Below are positions 47,541 to 61,961 of a stretch of DNA of 64,000 nt, piece by piece. The notes below the pieces were generated by a model. That model ran no database searches. It was not told the DNA's origin and was given only the letters and a program-made list of their open reading frames with translations. This DNA is from Ptychomitrium polyphyllum (lineage: Eukaryota). Position numbers and translations under genes: made by a program. The DNA lies in assembly GCA_973851085.1 (NCBI GenBank), contig OZ316775.1:20770001-20834000 (forward strand), in the 5' to 3' direction. Within the stretch, counting starts at the first letter, position 1, and the number at the start of each line of letters is the position of its first letter.

Positions 47541-50500
47541 CTAAGTTTTTGAGTTTTTCATAGGTGCACTTTTACTAAAGGATTTAGTAGTCTGAAAGTG
47601 CAATCTACGTACCAATGGTTTAGGTGCGCGTGTCATACGGTCGAACCCCCTCACGCAAACATAACCTGTATCACACATACAACAGAAGAAATGTCTTTGT
47701 GTCATGTAGGTGAAGGTCTGAGCGTCGGTAAATATTCAAATGAATTAAAACCCAGTGAGTTTCTTATATTAAAACAATGCAAATCTGTTCAGTACTCTTA
47801 TGAGTTCCAAACAGCGGGGGAACCTCACTTGAGACATACCTCGACAGAAGCATGCTTGAATCTCTTCAGTTGTCATACCTGTTCATAGGAACCCAACAGA
47901 AAGAACTAAAAACTTCGAAAATCATCGTCGACAAGATGCAAAGTTATCGTGGTGCAGCAAAGTTGTGTAGGAGTGCGGCCTGTATAAAATAATTGGGATA
48001 AAGAATAGCAGGAAAATCGAAAAGAACTGAGAAGAAAAGAGCACCTCTTAATATGCTCGTTACCGATGTGCCGAAATACACAAATCGGCGACGCAGATTC
48101 CACAACAATACTCGTGGAACTAGTATAGGCTGCAAACTACTCTCGTGGTCTGCAAAAACCTGCAAGTTTTTGAAAGATCATTGAAAACAGGAAAGGTTTC
48201 AGTTTGTCAATTGACAATATAAGCCCCATATTAGCACATAATATTCACTATAGCAGTACTGAATTATCTCCTGGGAAGAAGTGGTTCTAGAAATGATTCC
48301 TAGGAAAATGTAACTTCAAAATTACTATTCATCACACATAATCAAATTATACAGAGGAAGGCAACCGTGAAGCCTAAGACGTGAGAACTTAGAACAAGAC
48401 AGTTGGACTAAGACAATACCTCATTGACTTGAAAGTAAGTCCCATTGAGAGGGAAACTGCCCTGCATGGCGGTCCTGCAAGGCACCTGTCGTCCAAACAC
48501 GACCGCAACCTGCTTATGTATAACTAGATTTCCAAGATTTTCATAGTAATATGAACCACAATTTTGCATCCTCAGTTGTGTACGAGACAAACACGAGAGT
48601 TAAACAGATTGTGATTTAAAAGCAACAATTATATTTTAATGCGTGCCTAGATCTTGATATTCAGCAATAGTAGCTATTTCAAACAATTAAGATTATGGTC
48701 CTTCGGGGTCTTAGGAATCCAGTGCATAAACTAGATTCTTGTTGTTTCGTACATACCAGAAGAGTGGCTTTAATGGTTTCTTCGTCGCTAGGAAAGTTGA
48801 GGGATGTATAGCTTGTCTCCTCATTGTCGTCGTTTATGTTTGGTGTGGACTCGGGCACCTCATCTTCAATCATGAAGACATCACTTGGGTAACTACAAAG
48901 GGTTATCTACCTTTCATAGCTGTGAACAAAATTACTTATTACACTTCCTGTCAGGGTGTCTAAAATTCAAAATCACGCTTAGCAACAAATATGCAAACGG
49001 AGCAGTGAAGGAGTCACAATAATGACCTGATGGGAACTAATTAAAAGAATCAAAATACCTGGACTCCAAATAGCAAGTAGATAAAAACATGGGTCATCAG
49101 CTTCTCTGATATCCATCTGCATTCATTGTGTTGTCAATGTCTACAAGCATACAAGCTCAAAGCTTGAAATAATTTTTCAAAAAGCACACTTGAAATTGAA
49201 CATACTGTATAGATTTTCACTTGCAGTGCACCTCCAGTAATATAAAGTCCTGTGATAAGGAAGAATAAGATGTAAAAGACTCAGAACTTTAAAACGTGAA
49301 GTTGAGAAAGATAGCGATCATGTTTACTGACCTCATCGAGAAAAGGATGATTATCAGGAAGCTCGTATCTGCAGGTCAACAGGACGCGCACTATCAATAT
49401 CTACCTTAGAAGCCATGTAAGTCCAAGTTGCTAGTTTAAGAGGTGTAATGCTCCAATTCTGTAGGATCGTTTGATTACTAGGGCGTTAACAAACAGGCAT
49501 GGTGTCCGCGCTATCAAAAGCAGTGAGATGTGCAAAGTATGTTTTGTTAATCATGTAGCTATATTTGTTAATGTTTTAGCTACCTAGGTCTAATGCTATA
49601 GGAATCGAACGCCTCACACCAGACAGTTGAGGGATCCAAGTGGTGGGTGCAAAGAAAAGTAGCTCTTACACATAGTGAACTGTTCGAAGGCGTTCAATAT
49701 TCTTGAGCTTCAAAACAGGTATGAAAGCAGCTTCAGGAGGTAACACAACAACCTCCAGTGAGGGTGTATCACTAAACAAGACAGTGGCTTTTGTCAACAC
49801 ATTCACGTTTCCTCCCTCTCCCTCACCATCGACTACCACGTGCGCCGAATCTAATGATGAGCTGACCATCTTGGGCTGAGTTTTCTCCCGTGCAAGCGTA
49901 TCGGCTATATCCATCTCTTGTACAGTTTCCAATTCTGACGAAGTTGTGGAAAAATTGAGTTTGCAGCAGCCGTTAGGATTATTCTGCTGATGCATATCTT
50001 GTCGTCCTCGAATCTCCGGTATGTACAATTTTATCGTTGAATCATGCTCTAGTTCTTCAACAGAAAATGGATCATCCTCTATATCACAATCCGACATGCC
50101 TGCTTCTGATTCGGGAGTCAATGGCTCCTCGATAATGGGTTGACAATACTGAGACATGCACATACTTGATTGTGCAGCCTTTGGCGGCTGTGGCAGATCT
50201 TCCCCAACTTCTGCAGCACTACAACTTCCGGGTGGAAGTGCGAGTGTAGCACCACTACCTGATGTACTGTCTGACGCTGGAAGAGCAAGCCTAGCACTGC
50301 CATCACGACTCCAGATTAACCGAAGAACCAGAAACTTCTCCTAGAAAATAACTATTTATCATTATAAAACCTTCATTAGACATCAATTCATTCGGATATA
50401 AGCAAGCAGGTTTAAAATGTATTAGGCAAAGGATAAGACATTGACGAGTACCTGGAAAGGGCGCTAGCAAAGTGCTTGCAGTCCGATCGCATGGGGCACG

Positions 50501-53500
50501 CATTACAATTGGGCTTACTTTTGGTGCAAAATACCTGTAGAACAGTATATCCTGCTAGTTAGATACATTGATACACACTATGCTCTCAAGTTTTAAAATC
50601 CCATTGTCTTTTCAACTGTGCAGCGACCGCAAAAAAGCAATTGGGGGTCACAGCATCAGGAGCATTTTAATGTTTACCAAAAAATAAGGCTTTACCTTCC
50701 CAAACGTAATCAACTGATAGTGTAGCTCATATCTGCATCAGTGAAGTCCATTGAGAGTAAATATGTTTGTTTCCAAAAATAATAAAAAGAATGCTGAACT
50801 TCTTGCTCCACTTCTTAATTTTAGGGGAAAGGCACACATTCAAAGTGCAAGCAAACTGCACTCGATTCATTCACTTCACGAATAAACAGAGAAGTAAGAA
50901 ACGATTTCTTACTCACAAAGTCTGCTGGTCAAGGGTGCACAACCGGGGCCAGAGGTACTTCTGAATCGTTGCTTGGACAGGATACCTACAACATTTTAAA
51001 TAACAATATGAAGCTTTTAGGTGAAAACAAAACAAAACATCCAAGAAGTCTAATAATAAGCCTTACCTGAGCAATGATTACTAATACATCGATTCTTAAA
51101 CAACTAAATTCCTCCAAAACAACAATCTCGTTGTTTGAATTTAGAACCAAATTTTCAATTTAGCTTAGAAACTCACAATTCCAGCACATGTAGCTGCAGT
51201 TCCTCCGGTAGTGGTTCTAAAGGGACCCAACCAAGCCTCACGCAAATACGTCCCACATTTGTATCCACCTGCTCCGCAATGATACACATATTCATACTAA
51301 AGATGTAACTAAGCAACTCTAGACAGTCGCAAAAACCTAAATACTTTAAATAAGATAAAGGATAAGAAATGTAGCCCATTCGCACATTAGTAACGTTCTA
51401 AGTAAAACAAGCATTTTGCTATTACAGGAGACCAAGCGATTGGAAAAGATCAGTTGTAAACTCACAGGAAAAGCATTGTGGTGGAGTGCAAGTAGGCGTA
51501 CGCATTCTACACTCTTCAAACCAAGGCCATGAACACTAGAAAGAAATTCTCTGCCAACCAAGGACATGTTGAAAGGTTAACCAGCTTCTGCTTATTGTAA
51601 AGATATGGTGACTTGAAACATGATCTTGGACAGAGAAGGTAATAATTGTCATTATGTATGATCGAGCATGTAAAATATGGATCATCTGTCATTGTAGAAA
51701 AAAATTAAATATTTCTTTACTCGTGTTCTAATAGCACTTTGCAAAACAAAATCTCACTTGGCATCTTCGCTTGGAATAGACCGTAGCCATTCCAAGTCAA
51801 TTCGTCCTTGCTCCAGTCGAAGCCTCTCCAAAAAGCCCTGCCCAAAAAAACGTGTGCTAATGTTTATGTGCTCCAATTAGGAAAGTAGATTTCGATTTTG
51901 TGAAAGAGTCATGTTAAAACATACCTGCAAAGAGTCATTGTTGAAAATACAATCAAAAGCATAGATACATTCATCAAGCGATGTGTTCATACCTTGATCC
52001 TGCCAGCGAGTTTCCAATTCATGCCTCGCTCTTTTATTGCATCTGCAATTTCTTCAAGGTCTGCACAACGTACAGCCTCCCAATCGACCCCATCCTCTGT
52101 CATTTCAGTACGGGGTGGTGCCAAATCCGTTGCCGCTTGTTGGCATCTTACATTGTACTTTTCTGCCAAAGCATCCCATTTACACGACTTTCGTGCACGC
52201 ACTTGATCTGCCTCCATTTTTGCCCGTTCAAGTCCAGTGAGCACCACATTGATATTTGACAGTTTCTCTTCATTTTGGAGATCCTGGGTAAACGCAACAT
52301 TTGCGCCGTCCCTCTCGGGTGGCAATAATAACAGTTCAAAATGGGATTCTGTACTTGACGTTATGACCTCGTCTAGCAAGTTGCATTCTGCATTCGTAAT
52401 GGAAGAAGTACTTCTGTTCGAGTGCATCAAGTTTTCTACTTGTTCAAGGGATGAGGTTAAAGACCCTTGACTCTCAGTCGCTGATAAGAATAGGGTATCT
52501 TCCAGCATAATCTCCAGATCAGATGCGTTGGTATTCTCGTGGCATTTGGCACTTGTTATGCTGCAAACATTCATCTCTGAGGCAACTGCTGATACATTTT
52601 TGGAAGTGTCCGTTGTCGGAGACTGCTCAGGCTGTGAATACAATTCAATCCCTTCTTGTTGACGTTCTAAGATTGATGGCCCATGACTCTTGCTCCCCAA
52701 GGAAAGTAAGATGCCACCTTGTCTGATTTCTGGGTTAGATGTGTTGCTCTTCTCATGGCCACTTTCTTGTAAATCCGGAATTTGCTCTCGGAGGTAATTT
52801 TCACGGTTGAATGATAATTCATGGAAACATAAACTTTGAGGTTCATGAAGCGTTTGAATAGGTGCCGGGTTGATTTGAACGTCATTTCGCAATATATCTC
52901 CAATATATTCTTCTAGGGATTTGATCTGTAGAGGCCTTCGAACCCCTCGACTAGGAAAGCGTGCTCTGAGGCACATGAATGCCGAGCTGCAATAAACATT
53001 GGACAAGTTCAAGTCAAGTCAACAATGTCGTATGAATATTGACGGAGTAGAATTCGTACTAATTTCAGGTTGGTTAGTCTATTCTTGCACTCTCGTGGTC
53101 ATGAAGTCACAAATATCCCAGAGAGACAGACTACGGGAAGAGGTACCTGGATAACACATCGCTTACATTCTGGGTCAAAAAAACTCCCACAACGGAATCC
53201 ACTACGGAGCCTTTCCAACGAGAGAAACTTCGATCACCTGTGTCATCATCCCACTTCACATCTGATCATAATACACTCTTGCAATAAGTAGAAAAACTTC
53301 GATATCAAGCACAGCACTTGTGTCTCTAAGGTAATACGAGATTCATATGTCTCTCAAGTATATCTGCTACTTGTGGGTCTTCCTCCGTGACCTAACCTTC
53401 CTGTAAAGTGAGACATTCACTTGCAACTTACCTTGAATCGCATGCATACGTCGAATAAAATTCTCGACTTGTTCTTGCATGATGAGCCTTTCTCGTTTCC

Positions 53501-56500
53501 ACTTCAACTCATAGTTTATATCAGGATTGTCTTCCGAAGTTTCAGTTTTTCCCATCAGCAATTTCCAAACACTTATAGTCTCAGTGTCCAGGTACACCTT
53601 AGGCCTGGGTTTCCTTTTCCGTAGTGGAAGGAAGGAACCAACATAAGCGCCTACTACATTACCGACATTACCCACATAAGGCACTAAATCAGTCAAGTGA
53701 TTGTCTTCTTGAGCTTCGTCATCCCGTCTTTCTGTCTGCTGTTCTGTGTGCTGGTACTGGATTACCTCCGTGCAGGGAGCGAAGTGATTCACTCTTCTAG
53801 CTTTTTCATCCCCTCTTCCTATCTGTGAATACTGAATAACCTCCTTGCAAGAAGCCAAATGATTGCGCTTTCTAGCTCCGTCATCGCACTGAAACATACT
53901 TTCTCTCTGCTGGTGCTGGAACACTTCTACACAGGAAGGTAAGGAACGGCCAAGCTCTTTAACGCCGTCGTCGCGTCTTTCTATTTTCTCACCCCGAATC
54001 ATTTCCGTAGAAGGGGGCAAATGATTGTCCTTTGTAGCTCCCTCATCCAATCTTTCTATTTGCTGGTATTGAAACGATTCTATGCAGAGGGGCAGGTGAT
54101 TGCCACCATTAGCTTTAGTACCCCGTCTTCTTATCAGCTCGTCCTGAATCATTTCAATGCAAGGAGGCCAGTGATAATCCTCATTAGCCGTATCATCCTG
54201 TCCTTCCATCAGCTCGTCCTGAGCCACTTCCATACACGGGGGCAAGTTTATTTCTGCCAGGTCTGCTAATTTTTGCAATTGGTCACTATTAATTGGATGC
54301 AATATCATCGGCCATAATTTTTTGAACTCTATTTCCTCTTTGTCTGGTAAGTGGTCTTGAACATGGCGGATCATTTGCAATGGCGACATCTCCGAAGAGT
54401 TTGTCAATACAATCTTGATGTACGCCACGAGCTGAACATATGTCATCAGGTGGAAGGGTATCTTCGTTGGACAAATCCTCTTACGAGGACAAGCTTGGTT
54501 CAGGGTTGCATTGTAGTCACTGCAGTCTTCTAGATCACTGCTGGACTCTGCTGCTACAACAGCACTTTCTGTCGCAAGATTCAAATCTGGATCAGAATTC
54601 TGGAATTGGGAACTAAGTTGGCAGAGAACCATTTCTTTCGGTATCATAAGATCGTCCTCTTCATAAAAATATTCCTCCGATAGCCCCAGCTCCTTGAATC
54701 CTTCTGCAGGCGGTTGTTCCGAGCATGTACTGGGTACATTTGTTTGACAGTGATCGGACATCGCACTCGTTGATACTTCTTTTTCTACGTTCTTGTTCCG
54801 TATATCACTTTGTTGACCATTTTGTTCCATATTCTGTTCAATCATTTCGTTTAATCGACTCAACATCATGATATTAACTCCAGCAGATGTCGAAGTATAG
54901 AAAGAACTCATTGTTCTATCTTCTGCGCATTCTGGGAACACCACTTGCGCCATTAGTGATCTCCCATCTGGGCGTGGCCATAAATTTGGTTGCTGACAGG
55001 CTCCAATTCCTGATTCTTCAAGCCCATATTGCGTTTTACATAGCAAATCCTGTACGTCATGCTGTTCCTCCGTAAAATGGCTTCCTATGACACAAGTGTC
55101 AGCAACAGCAGAGTCATATTCGTTTAACTCATCTTTCAGACTCTGAACGAGAGTGCCTTCTAATCCAGCAGATAGATGTTTCTTGTAGAACAAATCAAAA
55201 TCGATTGCTTCCGCATTAGAAGCATTTAAAGCAGTTCTTTCTGGAGACAAAGTACCCAGAATGGTCATTTCTGCAGACAAAGTACCTGGGGCAGTTAATT
55301 CTAGATCAGAATGTGAAGCAGTCCATTCTTCGTCAAGCCAAGGAAAGCCATCTTCATCTATATACTTCCTCAAAGCAGCCTCCGTGTAGCATCGCACGAA
55401 ATCAGAAGCTTGCATAGAAGGTGATCGCTCAACTTCTCCAGCATTTGAATTCAACGAATGCGGTTGTCCAATTGAAGGCAAGTCTAAAAGCGCAAGGACC
55501 CTGTTTAAGAGCTCATTAGATAGTACTTCAAATTGTTTTTGCCTTTTAATAATCAAATTTGATGTCGCCTGGTCCTCGTTTGATGAGGTCAAGTTGTTGA
55601 TCTGCTTGGCCTGAACTATCGGAGACCTGTCACTTGTTATTCTCCGCTCCATTCCACATGAAGTGCACCATAGAGAGCGAGGTACAATTCTATCGTGTTC
55701 CAAATTTGAAGACCAGTGAGGATGTGGGCTCAGCCCGTCCTCCATTAGAACGTTTCTTGTGACACAGGCATTATCAAGTGATGACGGAAGTTCATCAGGA
55801 GATATAGACAGAATAGGTGTAGATGCCAGCTCTCCTATTCGCAGTCCGGTAGTCTCCTCTTGGTAGAGTGAGCTCCTGCTTTCTCCAATTGTTCCAGTGT
55901 AATTTGTACGGTTTTCACAAAAATTACTCTGTGAAGTAGAGCTATCTCTTGCGGATATATCCCTGCGCACACCTGAACCATCAAGAAAAAACTGATGAGC
56001 TTCAGCTACATAGTTGTTTGAACACACGATCAACAAATGTCACATCTCTGAAGCAGAGTTAGAAGAAAACTATCTATTCAAATTACTGGCATCGTAGAGT
56101 TTAATTATATGCTTTATTCCATTCAGGATTAACGAACCTCCTCTAATTCTCTGATAGTGGACGACTTCAGTCCTTCCATGTTTGGAGACACCATGGTCCA
56201 TTGTGTTCCTATCGGTCTTGTTCTGTAATCCACTTCCATATCTTTTCTGTAAGACCTTGTCTTTTGCAACTCTGGGCTTGTACTTTTTCCTGATTTTAGG
56301 AGTTATTGCAGAGCCATGGATTTTTTTGTTTAATTTGAATCTAACACGTTCCTCTTTTCTTCTGCTGGAATCCGTCTCAAAGACTGTACTACGCACCTGC
56401 GTCTGGAAGAGCCGAGAACTCTCTCGAACAGCATTCGTGATTACACCAGAGATGACAGAGGCCACATGAGAGATACTATCAAAGGAGTCGGCCATAGCTG

Positions 56501-57403
56501 GTGTTGGGATCGAATTGTCTAGTGGTCCAGAAACTTCAACGCCGGCAACATTAAGACCCAGTTCGCCAATTGCTGTTGAGTTGCAGCTGCTCTCAAATTG
56601 CGCAGAATATGAGCTCAAAACAACGTCTCCCATTAAGGCCACTCCACCACTGGCGTCTTTGCCACTGTTGTCATCAGCGGAAGGACAACAATCCGAAATG
56701 CCGACATGAGGGAAGCTTGAGACTGCACACAAGTGTCCACATCATTTTAGATCATGTAACTGTGGTTAGAGTTCATGTAGTTGGATCACACGATTATAAT
56801 ACCTCATGTTATATTCTGTTCATGATTCAGTAGTATTCCAGTTCCACCTATTAAACGCTGTTTTTGACCATCGTTTCAAGTTATCAAAAACCATCATATG
56901 CAGTTGCACTGTAACTTATACAGTAGAATAGGAAAGCTTGAGACGCGAGAAGGAATGGTAAGTGTACCGATAGGTACTCCATCATTGGACGGTTCAAAGT
57001 TATTCATCCCCCTGACGTCGTGTTCTGGGATAAATTCTTGATAACTCCGTCTCCTTTTTTGCGCCTTCTCAGGAGTAGTTGGGCAAACCTGGATTGCATT
57101 CCCTTGCAGCACACACATTCTGAGTTGCTTCTCCTGATCGAAGTCAAGAGACGAACCCTGACCTGAGTTAACATTTGACGCTTGAGAAGCGAAAGATTGC
57201 TCCATTGAGATGATTGCTTCTGAAGAATGATCCACTGAGATGACTGCTGCACAAGAATGATCAACTGACTTGACTGCTTCCTGATCAGCACACAGGTGCA
57301 AACCAATTTCTTCAGTGGAGGCAATGCTTTTTGGTGAAGTTGTCTTGCTACCTGCGTCCTCAAAGTGTATCGACTTCACCGATTCAAACAAATTCGAAGT
57401 CAT
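47541..57403 (-). CDS. DME: DEMETER/ROS1-like 5-methylcytosine DNA glycosylase/lyase; many exons; start may lie further upstream (ORF 57599-58288)
   Basis: Domain A (RPKVYLD.ET..VWKLLM, RMHAIQGDRSFSRWKGSVVDSVVGVFLTQNVSD), DWEAVR, HhH GLGLKSVECVRLL with catalytic Lys, AFPVDTNV with catalytic Asp, 4Fe-4S motif FCTKSKPNCNACPMRSDC, RRM-fold tail PCRTAMQGSFPLNGTYFQVNEVFADH...GYVCVRGFDR; stop at 47543-47541. Confidence 0.95.
53692..54249 (-). repeat. About 7 degenerate ~25-29-aa coding repeats in the DEMETER-like gene
   Basis: Units: NLPPCMEVAQ.. / HWPPCIEMIQ.. / HLPLCIESFQ.. / HLPPSTEMIR.. / SLPSCVEVFQ.. / HLASCKEVIQ.. / HFAPCTEVIQ.. Confidence 0.85.
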
Positions 57404-60400
57404 TTACGTACTTCAGCTAGCTACTACTCTTGATCATCTTAGCTGTAAGAATTTACAAGGCAATCTGGGCATTTGAGCTGCTAAGTTACCCACTTCATTA
57501 GAGCCACTGGCTAATCATGACAGTAAGCAGCTACTGGTTCGTGGAATCGGTTAAGGTTAGATCTGATGGAGACAAACTTAATCATTGAACATACACTTTC
57601 ACATCAATTCTAACCTACACAAAAAATAAGAGTTTGTAACTCGAATGCTTTTGGGATATGAAGTGGTACCAATGTGGCTCCATGTCTTTGGTAGAGAAGC
57701 AATTAGGGCGGTTATGTGGCAATCAGAAATTCCGCCAGAGGTGTTAATTCGACGTTTACGGGTCATGTTCCTTCTGATATTTAGCCAAGATGGAACAACA
57801 CCGTGCTTTGTAGCAGAGGGCCACACTCTACCCACTTCTTTTTCTCTCCCCTTCGCAATAATTGTTCTTAGTGCGGGCACAACATTTGATGCCTGGTTCA
57901 GATTCTTTGCAAAAGCAGCACATAATTGTTCTCTTTCTGGATCCACTACAACACTCCTCAACTCGTGACATACGTTTGACGTTGTCGAACCAACCTCACC
58001 AATAGAACTCTTCCTGCCACATAAAATTACTTCAACACCAACCCACTGGTCGACGATTGCATCGTGAACAAAATCACTGTCTTCATTCTCCCTACTCCTG
58101 AGAGTGCCTCCCGAAATAGCAGTTCGTGGGGCAAAATCTCCAGATCCAGAGCTATTCCAATCGACATGACCATGTCCACATTGATAGCTTATTCTGTGAT
58201 CCGCTAAGATACCACTCGCCATTTGTCGGCAGAAAGGGTATAGAGAAGGTACTGCCTCCTTTCCAAACTGCCTTGCAAAGTGCTGCAAGCACCAAGAGGT
58301 TGAGTGAGATACTAGAAGACGTCACGTCAACTCCAAGAATTTCAATCTGAAACTCTGTGACGTAGCAAAATCTTGGTCGAGGTATTCGGACCATACCGAC
58401 CATCTTCAAATTTGTTCACGCAGACTCATACTTCACGATAAACAAGTGATGCTTCACTCACGGTGTTTCCCACATAATTCAGTCAAAAAACTTCAAATGA
58501 CAGCAATATACGAACTCGTTTACAATGTAGGACGTTGTTATATCTGAAATTCAGTGAGGTGATAATTTAACCTGCATTTTGAGTACAAATCACAATGTCT
58601 TTAGCAGGTTCAGGTAGAACTATTGTTTAAAAAGAAAAGATAACATGATGACCTTCAAATCTCTTAAACTACGACTTTGTTTGGAGATTGTAGAGCAGAA
58701 ATTGGCATTAGCCAGCTCCAAAATCCTGTGGCGTCGCAGTTTTAACTGCTTCCTATACAGCACCTTCCCTATTGATTGCACCGCCTGCATCTCAAGGAGA
58801 ATTCATCCATCAGTAAACTCGAATGGCATGACACTACTCAATTTCATTTGATGTGCCTAGCACAAAAGCATCTTAAAGAACGTTATCGTTGAAACAATGC
58901 CCCCCGAAAATTGAACGCGACTCTACCAGTGCCGTTAGCACAAAATTACTTGTGAAAAACTCCTCAGAGGTGAGATTTCGTTCTACACTAAGACCTCTTA
59001 TTGTCTCATACAATAGGGCTGAACCTCACTGAAGACCAAGATCTGGTCAGTAAACATCTCTTGCTTGGTGCAGCAGATGTGCTCACGAGACAAATTTCAA
59101 CTTGAATTATGTTGAATATAGACCACGGAAGCGGTTTGAAGATGAACAGATTACAAAACCAAGTCAAAAGAAAGCTTTAACAGAGTATCCTAAAAGTGCA
59201 ATATGTTTAATTTTTATCTGAGTCTAAGGTTTAGCTCAAAACGCTCTCAGAAACGTATTGAGAACGAGAACCTGAGAAGGCGACTGACTCACTCAAATCA
59301 ACCACTCTCGAAAATCAAACTTACCTGCAGTTGATAACAAGAGGTAGACATCAAATTTCGATTTGTTGGCTCACAATGTTAAGTTGTGAGTCCCATTAAT
59401 ATTGAGGACTGTGAAATCGATGTGGCAATCATCCAGCTACAGGATGGACTATGCCGAAAGCTTCATCATAATCATAACCACTCACGAAAGGAGTAGGTGT
59501 GGAACGATTACCGTGAACTGCAGAAATCAGACAGAAAGCAAAGCGTGACTGAAAAGTATATAGCTCACAAGCAAAGACCTATGACCTGCCCCATGCAACT
59601 AAACTTACAGAATGAAAAGAAGGAGTTACCCAAATGAAAATCTCATCGATAAAACAAGCCATTAAAGTTTCATCATATAGAAGACGAAATCACGAGTCAT
59701 AATAAACGGACGCAAGAAAATAAATAGAAAACAAACAGGTTAGGGAAGAAGTCGCTCGACGCTTCTGCAATTTGAAATCTATCTAAATTTCGTCATGAAT
59801 AAAATAAAGTCATTGATGAAATACGAATTGGTTCCAGTTTATACCTCCTGTGATGACTTCAAGTTGCCATCGCTGCAGGCGTGCTTTCGCGGCCTTCCTC
59901 GACCACGGCGAAGCATTTTCCCAAAATTACCAAATTTTGTACCAAGGTAATAAATTTCCTGCAGGTTTCACGTTCTTCGTTAGAAACTTTCACCGGAAAT
60001 CTCCTGATATCCTCTGAAATCGTCCGACAAAGCGACCTTCGTCCACATCAAAGCTTCCTGAGCCCAACCCTGCTTCAATGTCTCCCTCTCTCCACCTACA
60101 TATTGGTTAGTTAGTGGTTGGTTCGTAAGCATCCAACGTAGTAACAAAGGATGTGTACATTTCACGAACCAGATCGCACGCAGAGATCATGGTAATACAC
60201 GCCAATTCCAAAACCCAAGCTCCTCCTCTCCTCTATGATCCCATTGCCCAGAAAGCATTGCAGTTTCTGGTCTAAGTCTCACTTGCGTTGCGTGTCTTAA
60301 ACTTCCCATGGTATGAGCAGGTATATAATATGGGGAAGAAGTCGACACTGCATCTATTTATACTCCTCCTTTGTCCACCCATGGCTTGAATGGCTTACAC

Positions 60401-61961
60401 GTTGTAGATTGGACGTAACAGAAGGAACCTAAAAACTAAAGAGGATAGCCTTTAGAAGCTCCTTGATGGTGTACTGCGCTTCGGCAAATACATTTTCAGC
60501 GTAATTGCCTTGTCTGCCGACATCAGGGTTATGAAAAATTTGTTTGAAATTCGTCTCGAAGAGAACATTGACTTCCGAACTCAATAGAGCGGAGAGAATG
60601 CAGAGGCAACATCAACTGTGAAGCACGAGGGCAGATTGAGATACCGCACACTGACCGAGTACGAATCAAAGCCATAGGGAAATATACGTCCAATCTGCAA
60701 GTAAACTGCACTGTTGTCTCTCACATATAGAGATCGTGAATCTATGACGACCTAACTGATATGACATTCCGTTATATTCAACCCTTAACATTCTACTGAT
60801 AACTTGAAGTTAGTGGTGTGTTGTCGCCAACCTTCCAGTTTCGATGAAGCCGTCGTCCAGCTTGCTGGTTCACTTCTCATCGCTTGGACAGAGCCTCCTT
60901 CAAAAAAGAAACTCAAGATTTCACAGAAAGAAAGACAAAGAAGAGGGAGGATTACAACAGCCTCATAGAGGAAGCCCGCCCGTCAAGGCGTTCTGCCATC
61001 TCAGGTTCCCACAGCTTACGAGCACTCAATTTTCTCATCTTAAACAGAATCCAACATCACATACGGGACAAAAAGGAGAACTGCAAAGTTGTGCGGCAGC
61101 TTCTACATCCCTTCCTATTCCAGGAACAAAACTACACATCAGCATAGTCTATTTCCCAAAATTACCAGATGGCATTTTTAACGAAACAGAGTATTTTCTT
61201 CTGTAAGATTTAAGAGCACGATTCCCAGCAAAGACGAGAACCTTCGACGCTCATGGGTAAAAGCCTCAATTTCGAAAGCTCATCGACATAAACCCTAAAG
61301 CCCCCAAATGGCCAAAACACAAAACCTTTCATGTATTCGTTTCCTAAAGGAATGACAACAGCTCTGTGCAATCTAAACAGTCATCTGATGTCGTCCCTAC
61401 CAAGAACGTCCTTCTCAACAAACAAGAACAATTGCACTTCTCAATCATCAAATGATGACAGAATGTCCTTGATCAAATCAACCGACTGATTGAATAATTC
61501 CTCATTATATCCGTATAGAGCAATTCTAAGTACAACGCCATTGTATGAACCAAAGCTGCAACCAGGAGCAATTTCTCTAGTCGTACTCCCAACTGCAACT
61601 ACTACAATCAATACACCGTTCAAGAGATCTCACAGTGCCATATCCAAAACAAGAGATTGTGCTAAAACCCTGTTGTATTGGAGGGACAGGATTGCGATCA
61701 GAAACAACGAGAATTCGGGGTCTACTCTAGATCTAACAGGATCCATCACCAGCCAGGATAGAAAAAATCATGCCTTTAGGCCCTTGCTCGTGCACACTTG
61801 TCAATGTCTGCATTGACAACAAGGAAAATCCAAACAACATTTTACTTAGCAATGCAGTCTTGGATGAGAATTGAGGAGAGCAATCAACACCAGTAAACAA
61901 TGGGATGAAAAGACGTACAGATAGGAGGTCAACCGCGAAAATCTAGGTTACATGGACGTAG

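Noticed and set aside
57195..57285. 30-bp coding repeat (SVDHS x2-3) in the DEMETER-like N-terminus
   Set aside because: Real but minor duplication in a disordered region.
61441..61680. Minus-strand LYGYNEEL segment reminiscent of M16 insulinase
   Set aside because: Similarity is too short and no HXXEH motif was found; needs a profile search.
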